Shown here piece by piece: positions 1 to 10,728 of a DNA stretch of 64,000 nucleotides. The notes beneath the pieces were generated by a model. It searched no databases and had not been told where the DNA came from. It saw only the letters and a list, made by a program, of their open reading frames with translations. Numbering within the stretch: the first letter of the stretch is position 1; the number at the start of each line of letters is the position of its first letter. This stretch comes from Mobula hypostoma (lineage: Eukaryota). The stretch is taken from the NCBI RefSeq assembly GCF_963921235.1, contig NC_086097.1, forward strand, positions 200,324,001 through 200,388,000, in the 5' to 3' direction. The translations under genes and the position numbers were made by a program.

Positions 1-529
1 TAACATCTGCCAGACGATGCTGAGGATGTTCTACGAGTCTGTGGTGGCCAGTGCTATCATGTTTGCTGTTGTGTGCTGGGGCAGCAGACTGAGGGTAGCA
101 GACACCAACAGAATCAACAAACTCATCCGTAAGGCCAGTGATGTTGTGGGGATGGAACTGGACTCTCTCACGGTGGTGTCTGAAAGGAGGATGCTGTCTA
201 AGTTGCATGCCATCTTGGTCAATGTCTCCCATCCACTACATAACGTACTGAGTGGGCACAGGAGTACATTCAGCCAGAGACTCATTCCAGCGAGATGCAG
301 CACAGAGCGTCATAGGAAGTCATTCCTGCCATCAAACTTTACAACTCCTCCCTTGGAGGGTCAGACACCCTGAGCCAATAGGCTGGTCCTGGACTTATTT
401 CATAATTTACTAGCATAATTTACATACTACTATTTAACTATTTATGGTTCTATTACTATGTATTATTTATGGTGCAACTGTAACAAAAACCAATTTCCCC
501 CGGGATCAATAAAGTATGACTATGACTAT
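1..529 (+). mobile_element. Rex1/Babar-like non-LTR retrotransposon 3' end
   Basis: ORF 17-373 LRMFYESVVASAIMFAVVCWG is a typical Rex1-type RT C-terminus; ends in AATAAA plus a (ATGACT)n tail. Confidence 0.85.
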
Positions 530-534
530 CTTCA

Positions 535-725
535 GATGCTTCATCAATGACTTTCCTTCTGTCATAAGGTCAGAAGTGAGGATGTTTGCAGATGACTGCA
601 CAATATTCTGCACCATTTGTGACTCCTCAGATAGTGAAGCAGTTCAAACCCAAATGCAGCCGGACCTGGACAATATCTAGGCTTGGGCTGACAAGTGGCA
701 AGCAACATTCAAGTCACGCAAGCAA
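535..725 (+). mobile_element. Old CR1-clade LINE RT fragment
   Basis: Encodes FINDxPSVIRSEVRMFADDCT...QPDLDNIxAWADKWQ. Confidence 0.7.
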
Positions 726-1116
726 ACACAACAGAGGAGCAGAACTCCATTCATCTCCATTCTGAAGATTTGGCAGGAAAAGGCAAATTCAGTTATCAAA
801 CTTTATTATATTAAGCCTCAAGTCCATCCTCCTCCCAAAACTTATCCTAGATTTGAAAATGCAAGTTAGTACATAAAGCACAGGAACATATTACAGTCAA
901 CAGATAAGTAGCTGATTTTTGTTGACGACATTAGAATGCTACTGAGCTACATTCTGTACAGCAACATCCATAACCTAGATATTCCTAACAGCAAAAAAAT
1001 AATGACACTAGCAACAACAGCAGAAAGTGCAGCCAGTGCTGAAGTAAGTGATCATTCTAATCTATATTGTTGGCAGCTGATACAAGATGTTGTAAGTGAG
1101 CAACAGCAACAGAGCA

Positions 1117-1122
1117 TTTATT
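1117..1122 (-). promoter_or_regulatory. Putative polyadenylation signal AATAAA
   Basis: tttatt on the plus strand, just downstream of the predicted terminal stop. Confidence 0.4.
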
Positions 1123-1175
1123 GATCTCTACACTGCTTAAGTGGATTCTGAGGTGTATAGTTAGGTTTGCTACAA

Positions 1176-1289
1176 TCATAGGATGCACTTTTTGCTATCC
1201 ATGTCATTCATCAATTGGAACAGCACTATCATTTGTAGCAAAAGGGAATTCCAGGTCTCCAGGAAGAAACTGTTCCTCACCGGGTCATT
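1176..1289 (-). CDS. Candidate terminal coding exon NDPVRNSFFLETWNSLLLQMIVLFQLMNDMDSKKCIL*
   Basis: Good acceptor cccattctgtgtgttacag; TGA at 1176-1178; AATAAA 54 nt downstream. Confidence 0.5.
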   Translation of the reverse strand, partial: NDPVRNSFFLETWNSLLLQMIVLFQLMNDMDSKKCIL

Positions 1290-1869
1290 CTGTAACACAC
1301 AGAATGGGAATGGTATAGATCACAACTGGAGCAAAAAAACAACTGCAGATGCTGTAAACCTAAAATGAAAATAACATGCTGGAAGCACTCAGCAACTCAA
1401 ACATTGTCCATGGATCCATGTTCGCAGTGTGGGCATGGTAGATTTGAACTAGAAAAATATGGGTGATGTTGAGGAGGACAAGAGACGCATTCAACAGCAG
1501 CCAAGCTGAATCAGATAGGAATGGGCTTCCAGATGTGTGAGATAATATAAAAGGTGAGTACGCCAGTTCAAACCCCTCAGAATCAGAGCCACCTGGGCAC
1601 CAACTGAAAAACAATGATTGAGGTACAATTTAACAGAAAAGCAATGATTAAACGGTCTGGTAACTAATATCACACATTACTCAGGGGTTTATAGTCACCA
1701 TTTGTAATTTGAACACTGCTAGACCTCATTTGGTATTTTGTACTCTCAAGAATGTAGATATGGCACCGTGAAGCAGACCAAGTCCAGCCATCATTGCTGG
1801 AGGAGATAGCCAGAGTGAACTTCAAACTAGGTTAAAACATCGAGGCCAGAGAGTTAAAAATGAACCGGT

Positions 1870-2250
1870 GTTCAGCCTCACTACTCCATGCCCACTTGAA
1901 CCCATCCCATCTGCCCGATTTGACCCATCTACCTCTTTTCTTGCTACTGCCATCAGCCAGGAGGTGGAGGAGACTTGGGTCCCTTGCTGCCAGGTTCAGG
2001 AGCAGTTATTGCTCAGGAGACATTGGGCTCCTGGACCAGCTTCACTCACCTCAGCGCTAAACTGACTCCGCAGCCTGTGGACTCACCTTCGGGGACTCTC
2101 TAGTTCGTGTTCTCGGTATTATTTGTTAACATTTTTTATTAGTCGCACAATTTGTGCTTTTTTGCATATTGGATGCTTGCCTGTAAGAACATGAATCTCA
2201 AGGGTGTATATCGTTTACACACTTCGATAATAAGTGTGCCTTGAACATTG
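1870..2250 (+). mobile_element. Decayed Rex1-like 3' fragment
   Basis: LFLLLPSARRWR...RFRSS-type tail; similar pieces at 3400-4200, 22700-23280 and 23790-24365. Confidence 0.6.
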
Positions 2251-2289
2251 TACCATCAATAATTATGCTTCTGCTTTCTTTGGAAATAC

Positions 2290-2790
2290 ATCTAGGGGTA
2301 CACTAAGTTCATGGTTCCCTCGAAGTGGCACTGCAGGTAGGTAGGGTGTTGAAGGCAGCTTTTGGAATGCTGGCCTTCATTACTCAGGGCACTGAGTACA
2401 GATGAAGGGATACTCTGTTGCAGGTTTGGTCACCTCACTGCAGGGAAGATGTCATTGAGCTGGAAAGAACGTAAAGGAGATTTATGAGGATGTTGCCAGG
2501 ACTGGAGGAGCTGAGTTTTGGAGAAAGATTGAACAAGTTGAGACTTTTTTCATGGGACCATAGGGGAATGGGGAATGATTTGACTGAGGGTTATAGTCAT
2601 GAATAGCATGGATAGAGTGAATGCATAGTCTTTTTCCAGGTTTGAGGAATCAAGAACAAGAGGACATACGCTTAAGGTGAGACAGGAGAGATTTAACAGG
2701 GCCCTGAGAGGCAACCTTTTTGCCCATAGGGTGGTCAGTACATGGAAGAGGAAGTGGTTGAGGCAGGTACATCAACAGCTGTTAAAATTG
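2290..2790 (+). mobile_element. Decayed CR1 LINE 3' ORF2 fragment
   Basis: Visible similarity to 12650-13220 of the young CR1. Confidence 0.8.
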
Positions 2791-4914
2791 TCTGGAGGAC
2801 ACCAGCATGACTTTCGACATTAGTAATGAGTCACCTGTGCTCATTGCCAAACTTTCCCTCTGTAGCTATTCTGAGGCTGAAGGCAAGGCTATCCCCCATT
2901 TTGTGGAGGGAGGGAACTGTGAAGGTGGGACAGGAAGAACAAGTCCTTCCCCCAAAAGCAACACCTGCTTGGCTAAACTGCAACTCCATTTTTAAAACCA
3001 AAGTACGTTTCTGCATACGTGTAGGGATATTGAGCTTTTAAAATAATGCCATTTATGGATAAAAAGATTAAAAATAAAATCAAACTCTAGAAACAAGGAA
3101 ACATAAAATAATAAGACCATAAGATACAAGAGCAGAATTAGGCCATTTGGTCCATCGAGTTTGCTCCGCCATTTCGTCATGCGGCAGGGTTTGAGGGTCG
3201 GCACAACGTTGTGGGCCGAAGGGCCTGTACTGTGCTGAATTATTCTATGTTCTATGTTCAGTTAATCCGCTATTTCATTGTCCCCTTTACTACCTCTCTG
3301 GCATCGTTTGCTGGTGATTCGATATTCACTCTTGCCTCTCTTTTACACAATTTATGTTGAGTAATTTTTAAATTTTTTAATATAATAATGTTGTCCAGTC
3401 ATTCAATCAAGCAAAGCAGCATGTTCTCCTCTGATTCCATCTACACTTGTCACTGCCTCAGGAAAGCAGTGAAAATAATGAAGGACACTCCCACCATGGT
3501 CATTCTCCCTTCTCTCATTCCCCATTGGACGCCACCAGACTCAAGGACTGCTTCTGTCCTGCTGTCATCAGACCGTTGAATAGATTTCTCATACACCAAA
3601 AGACAAACACTTGATCTCACAGTCTACCTCTCGTGGCTCTTGCACTTTATTTGTCTATCTGCTCTGCATGTTCTCTGTAACTATAATATTATATTCTGCA
3701 ATCTGTTTTCCTTTTTACTACTTTAATGTCATTAAGTATGGGTGGTCCCTCTTCCACCCAGAGATATTTCTCCAAAGTGCTGCAGTGACCCTTAGCATTG
3801 TCAATGATTCCTTTAATCTCTCTGAGTGTGATCAGTATTCAGAAGAGGAAGCTCTTTGACCCCCTACCACCAAGCAGGAGGCAATGTTGCATTAGGACTA
3901 GAGCTGCTCGGATGGGAAACAGTTCCTTGTCCCAGGCCGCAAGACTACTTAACTCCCTGCCACCATCCAGGTCTCATCACATATGAAGAGCCAGTAGTGT
4001 TATACTTTTTAAAACTTGTGTCATAAACGTCAATTTACTTGTGGTAATATTACTTCATGTTGTTGTGTGTGGAAGTTGTGAGTGTGTACTGTGTCGTACA
4101 CCTTGGTCTGGAGGAATGTTGTTTCGTTCGGCAGTTTACATGCGTATAGTTGAACGACAATAAACTGAATTTGAACAATCTGTCTGGATGGTACACAAAA
4201 GCTGTTCACCACATCTCACCACATGTGATAGTAAGAAAAACAACCACAATACCAACAATGTATGTCACATGTTGAATGGTGACTACTGTGCTGGAAAATT
4301 TAATTCTTTTGTAGTCACATAATGAAATCACCCGGTCAGTGATATAAATGGATGAGTAGGAACAAAAGCCTATTTTGATAAAAACACCAGAAAAGATGAA
4401 AGGTTTCAAATCAAGGTGTGGTGGCAATTTATTGTGGAAACTGAAATTTGAAACTTGCCCAAAGTTATGTTCTTACTACTAACCAAAAAACATGATTTTT
4501 CCCAACAATTAAAATAAAAGAGAAAATAACACAAATGTGAACAAAGAGAATTTAAAATGGTAATTTTGGTAAGATAGCAGCGCACTCAGACACAGTGGCT
4601 TCTACAGTGTCAACCAAAGGGGTTATGGTCCATTTAAAACATATTTTATGATTGCAAGATCCTGCTGGACACTAAGAACTTAATGTATTACAGGTCTACC
4701 CCTTTAGCAAGTTGTTTGTTGGTGGAGAAACTGAAGCAGCTGGAATTGGTGTGGACCATGGTGCGGACCATGGTGCTGCCTGTGACAGAGTGCGAAGCAG
4801 CTGTGCAGTCTAACAGCGAGTGATTGCCTTAGTTGTTTTTCTTGTGCATGCAAGACTCTATTGGACATTGGTCGTGTGGAATGTTGCTGGTCCAATTCAT
4901 TGGTTTATTGGTGA

Positions 4915-5696
4915 ACTTAAGTGACTTATAATTAACTTATCACTATATTCATGCAAGGAAAATATGTGCTGTGTTTTTAATATTAAATTCACTATATAAA
5001 CCATTTTAGAAACAAAATTGAGTGTATTAGCCACTTATAAGTGACTTATAGTTGACTTATCACCTATATTCTGGTCGTGATTAACACCCCCCACCCCAGG
5101 GTTGCCAACTGTCCCGTATTAAGGCTGACTAGCTGGGACATCCCGTACACTGGGCTAAATTGGTTTGTCCTATATGGGACAGCCCTTGTCCTGTATTTCC
5201 CCAGCTAAGGTAGAGCATTCCTATGAAACCTTTTGTGCCAAAGTGGAGTAAAGCGAAGAAGCAATTACCATTAATTTATATGGGAAAAATTTTTGAGCGT
5301 TCCCAGACCCAGAAAATAACCTACCAAATCATACCATATAACACATAAAATCTAAAATAACCCTAACATACAGTAAAAGCAGGGATGATATGATAAATAC
5401 ACAGCCTATATAAAGTAGAAATAATGTATGTACAGTGTAGTTTCACTGAACAGAATTGCCAAAAACGATGTGTAGAAAAAAAATCGGCACGTACACGAAT
5501 GCGCACACAGGTGCCCACGCAAGGCTTCATGGTCATGGTAGTCTTTCTCGGGGTAAACACAATGCATTTGACTGCTACTCTTGTCCGTTGGCAACCCTAC
5601 CACCGCGCCCCCCCCCCCACCCCCCGGCTGGCTGGTCCGCAAGAGTATTGTCAATAATATACCGGTCCGCGGTGCAAAAAATGTTGGGGACCCCTG
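4915..5696. mobile_element. Non-autonomous hAT (Charlie-like) DNA transposon remnant
   Basis: Ends ggtccgcggtgcaaaaaatgttggggacccctg (CAGGGGTCCCCAAC-type terminus); internal direct repeat at 4918-4950 and 5038-5071. Confidence 0.6.
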
Positions 5697-6362
5697 ATCT
5701 AAGTACTTCTGATGAGACAGTCAAGTTATCCTGATGATGGCTTCCTGCTAATTCATTGTAGAATGGATATGTTGGGCACAGCTTTGTGGGCTGAAGGGCC
5801 TGTATTGTGCTGTAGGCTTTCTACGTTCTATGTTCTAGAATGCTTTAGTCTGGTCAATCAATTGATAGATGATGTGGATAAAAAATGTCAATGCACTATT
5901 ATATTGGTAGCAGAGCTCTTCCTGGTATCCAAATCAATACTTTTCCATTAATGTACACCAGAAAGCAGTTTAACTGGTCATCATCTTCCACTCAGCAATG
6001 TGGCCAGTGCTTAACTAGGTGGGTCCGGAAACAAGTTTAAAGCTGATTAAATGGATTTACTTGGCAGTTTCTTCACATTGTTGATCTGCTGTAGGAGATA
6101 GAACTTTCTGTTTTAAAACAGTGCCAATGTGCTCGTTATGCTGCCGCCAGTAAGTTTTCCATTTCACCTGTGCATACATGCACTTACACAAATGACAAGA
6201 ACACTGGCTTTGACTTTGTAATATGTTAGTGAAACCAGCCAGACAAATGCAGTCATAAACTTATAGAAAAGATGAAAAACACATGGTGCACTAGCTTTAC
6301 TGTATGCCTACCATTTGAATGGCTTTTCACTGGCATTTATTAATTTTCTTCCTTATAAATAC

Positions 6363-6521
6363 AATTGCAAATGTAGTTGGAAGATGCTTCAGATCATCAA
6401 CTCTTGACAGAATTGATTCACAAATCAGTCTCACAGGAATGGTGGACTCCAGGTCTCCATACAAAAAATTTTGTAATATGGATTTATCACTTGACATCTT
6501 CCATGTCTTGCAATCCTTTTT
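6363..6521 (-). CDS. Candidate exon KKDCKTWKMSSDKSILQNFLYGDLESTIPVRLICESILSRVDDLKHLPTTFAI
   Basis: 53 open codons, phase 0 to 0, weak splice sites. Could instead be a decayed RTE LINE C-terminus (LYG(D/E)L motif). Confidence 0.3.
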
Positions 6522-7559
6522 CTTAGTAAATCACACTTTCGCATGCATTTTTCTGTTACTGTAACCTTCTCTCACTGAATTATCAACAAAACTTTAGAAC
6601 TATAAAGCAACACAGCACGGAAACAGGCCTTTTGACCCACTGAGGCCATCTGTCAGCTAGTTGGAACAAAACACGCCAAATTGTGTAGGCCACACAATAG
6701 CCCAAATTAGTCCTCACTGACATCTCATACAACTTTAACATAACACCTTAACACCTGTACTCAGTACTTTGACATATACAGGTCAATATGATAAAAACTC
6801 TCTTTCTGTCCCTATCTACCTGTGACACCACTTTCAAGGAATTAATTGTCTGTTTACCCAGATACCTTGGTTCTAGCACATTCATCCATGCCCTACCGTT
6901 CACTGTGCAAATCCTACTCTGGTTTGTCCTTCCAAGTGCAACACTTCACACCAGTCTGCATTAAATTCCATCTGCCTTAACAATGAAACTCTGCCCCTCA
7001 GCATCACTGGCTGTTCTTACTAGTTTCAAGATCCTTAACTTCAACTACACTTCGAGTTCCTCAAAAATCCGTAATCCATTGCTTATCCCTTTCTTCCTAT
7101 ACCTTGATCTCTACTTTATATCCTATATGTGAAAGAACTGATACTTGTCTCGCTTCTACGAAGCTCTACATAGAAATGAAAGACAGTTAATGCTTACTAC
7201 ACCTTCTTTTGATGCATGTTATTGTTTTTATAACGCACATACCTACATGATCCTGCAGAGGTTTACGCATGTACATTCTGCTTATAACATAGGTGCTGGA
7301 TAGTAGATTTAACGATAGCTGAGCAAGCTGGCATGTTTTATCAGAGTGCTGTCATTTTGCATTTTTGTCACCCTCAACTCCTGAACAGGTTTTGAATTAG
7401 GTTTTGAATGGCATATAGGGACAACAATCATTGTGTTTTTTTAAAAATCATCGACAAGGTAAAGTATAACTATATATTTTATCAAAGAGTAGATTATGAC
7501 TATAACTTGGAAATGACCTAGCAGATCTGGCACATCGATATTTTTATCAGTTCTTATAC

Positions 7560-7659
7560 ATGATAAAGAACATTAATTGTTGCTATTTTTTTCACTTAGT
7601 TTCATGACAACAAAAAACCTCACTGAGCTTAAGACTGGGAGCACTGAGAACCTCAGTTG
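7560..7659 (-). pseudogene. Candidate exon QLRFSVLPVLSSVRFFVVMKLSE[+1]KIATINVLYH
   Basis: Strong acceptor tttgctgttattttacag; 100 nt = 33 codons + 1. Removing one base from the A7 run (7586-7592) restores an OB-strand-like reading and a phase 0 donor. Confidence 0.45.
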
Positions 7660-7987
7660 CTGTAAAATAACAGCAAACTCTCAAACTATAATATTTCATC
7701 ATTTTAATCAGTTAGATTTAAATACTTATCAAAGATTTAGTTGTTATCATCTTACTAACTATTGGGATTAATTCAATTAAACACCACACAGAAAGTCACA
7801 AGATTTGTGGAAGTATTGTTTTCTCCACTGGGAGGTGTCCACTTGAAACTGCTGAATCTACAAATGGTCAAAGTTCTGGAGGCAAACTAGCAATACAATG
7901 GAAAAACAAGCTGCAAGATCAGGTGGCTGGTGACTTAGGCTTCAACACGTCTATTTATTTTAAATAGTGGTTAAAATAGCTGTAATA

Positions 7988-9342
7988 CAGTGGATTCCAG
8001 TTAATTGGGACATATAGGGACCGGTATATTTTGGTTCAATTAAGCAGCTGCACCAATTAGCCAAAGTTTCATGGAAAAAGTTAATATTGATAAAGGACAA
8101 ACTACCTTTTAACTGAATAACAAATTATGTATTTAAATGAAATACAGAACAAATTAGAACACTATAAATGATACTAAAGTACTATAAAACTGTGTATTAG
8201 TTCCTAATAGTTATCAATAGAGGAATTCATCCAGTGTACACTGACATGTATGGGATGTCCAGCAAAGGGTAGCATCTCTGGTGAAGGGGTTTGTTGTGAC
8301 CATTCTGGGATAGCTCACTCAACCTTGTTCCCCAATAAGCACTCAGCTCTCACTTGTGGCTCCTAATAGCTCCTTGCATGTGACAGTGGCCACACCCTTG
8401 TGCACCACTTTACCCATGGGCCTCATACCTCAGTGAAATACGGACATGCCTGTCCTGGTATGTGACATTGTACTAGTCCAGTGTACTAGACGGATGAGAT
8501 CAACAGCGAGGTTCAATGCCCAAGAAGGCGGTTCTGCCACGCTTCATGAAGAGCGAAGGGCACGATAAAATGTAGAAGAAGTTATTGTAATGCACAGCAG
8601 CCGAGGAAGCCCCAGCTTATGACAATTACTTGTACTACTGGACCCAGATTTCCCGGTCAAGTGTGAAACTGACCCCATGCAACAGCTTTTCCACTTTAAA
8701 AACTTTCCCTCACAAGTTTCACTGTCATTGTCAGATATGACAGACAACTAACACATTGCCATTTTCTTTTGATTGACTGTAAATGAACAAAATTAGTGCT
8801 GAAATCCTAGTGCAGATAATGGGCTGCCTTCATACAATGCTTTCGATGATTGCATTCTCCAAGTCTTCATTTTCACTGTAGCATTCAAGATGAGAGTGAA
8901 TACCTTCAAATTCTTTCAAATTCCTTACTTGAAGTAGTGAAGTAATTTCATGTTCACTTCTAGCCATTTCTGGCATTTCCAAGCCAGAATGCTTGAAACT
9001 GCAGTGAGCAAAACAATTCTAAAATGTTTTACTGGTTATTTCTTGCCATCTATCAGTGACAAAAAACACGGCTTCTTGAACAAATACACATGCAACCGAC
9101 TCTATTTAAAAACTGTTTGCTCCAAGCATGGTGTAGTGTTCAAAAGGACACACAAGTTCACACGACTGATGCTATTAGAAACTGTTTAGTAACAGTCTCC
9201 CCATCCCAACTAAATGATATAGTGTCCCAAATATCTGAAGGGAATCCTGACTATTTTCTAGATTAATTTTTGTTCTTTAAGAGTTGTCCTAAATAAGCAG
9301 CTGTCTCGATTAACCAATGGATCAATTAACTGGAATCCACTG
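7988..9342. mobile_element. pogo/Tigger-like non-autonomous DNA transposon with nested RTE-like insertion (about 8250-8745)
   Basis: Perfect 20-bp TIRs CAGTGGATTCCAGTTAATTG (7988-8007 and 9323-9342), each flanked by TA. Confidence 0.85.
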
Positions 9343-9584
9343 TATTTCATTGTCAGAAAGAATTCAAATTGAGTTTTTTTATACTTTGAATATTTTATCT
9401 TTACAAAAATGTAGAATATTCATAACTGGGACAATCCATTTTGGTGCACTCTCAACTTTGCATGAACAATGGATTGAATTTTATGCTAAATTGTTGGAAG
9501 TTTTGTATGGAAATGCTAACCATTTACTTTGTGAGAATGTTTCAGACTTTCACACCAGCTTGTGTAAATGCAGTATTTCTATAC

Positions 9585-9687
9585 ATCACTGCTGGCAGGA
9601 GTTATGTATTTTTACAATGGAGTACTTATGGAGTCAATGAATCTAGAGTGAGCTTCCTTTTTGCAGCACTTACACTTGGAAATCTGC
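9585..9687 (-). pseudogene. Candidate exon QISKCKCCKKEAHSRFIDSISTPL*KYITPASSD with in-frame TAA
   Basis: Acceptor tttcatag, donor GAT|GTATAG; phase 2 to 0. CKCC resembles POT1 CKQC Zn ligands; TAA at 9612-9614. Confidence 0.4.
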
Positions 9688-10728
9688 CTATGAAACTTTG
9701 CCAGAACAGGAAAGACATTCATATGAGTGGAGGGGAATTGTTGTGAAAGAGAAGATTACAGATAGGGTAATATACATTTTTGGTTCATTTAGATGCATTT
9801 CATTGTTCTGTTTAGCTAATATTTTAATGTCTTAATAAGTTTAAGAATTTTTAAAATTTGAAGTACTATTAAAAAAATTTAAATACATTCACATTTTGCC
9901 AGCTTGTGAAACTGTGTGTATTTGCCATTTAAAGTCAGAAGGCTGCCATATGAAAATCTTCAAAATATTAACATCAATGTGCCAGATCCACAATATCTGA
10001 AGAACAGCCAATGTTCTAATGTTCTGGAATTCTTAATATTTAAAACCAGATACCCTTTATGCTATTGCTCAGAGTTTGCCAATCAGAATGAACATGGGAA
10101 CATTTTGTACTTAGGAAGTACATAGCTAAACTTCTCCTACTCTATATGACTGCACACAGTACCTGTACCATTTCCTGTCAATAGTTTTGTACTTCACTTA
10201 ATTTATTTCAGGATTTTGACCAAAACATGACGAAGAAAAAGTGAAGTAATTTCCATGTCAGGATGGTGTTTAACATGGAAAGCAACATGTAGACATTCCC
10301 ATAAGTCTGTTGCACTGTCTTTGTCCTGCCCACTACTTTATCCTTCAGTTACTTTACACCCGTATTCATTATGAAGGCATTCAAATAGTAGTTTCCAAAC
10401 TTTCAGCATCTGCTATGTAAAATACAAGAGTGGAAGAAATATAGGAACACCTGCAAGTTTCTTTCCATCATCCTATTGAAATACATTGCTATTACTTCAA
10501 CAACACTGAGTCTAAATCACAGACCACCCTGCCTGTCAGCATCATAGAAAATGCACATGAGGCACTACAGCAGTTATGAAAATGGTCCCCCTCCATTGCA
10601 ATGTAGTTAGGGATAGACAATCAATGCCAGCCTTTCCCCAGTGCCACAAAGTCCACACCTCCAAAAGTGAGAAGGTAATCTCTTCAAGGTAATCAAAGTA
10701 ATCTCTTTAAATCTCAGTAGTTACTGTA

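Noticed and set aside
9893..9996. Minus-strand segment ILWIWHIDVNILKIFIWQPSDFKWQIHTVSQAGK with AG/GT ends
   Set aside because: Its phase 0 start does not fit the upstream exon (phase 2) and it has no recognisable motif.
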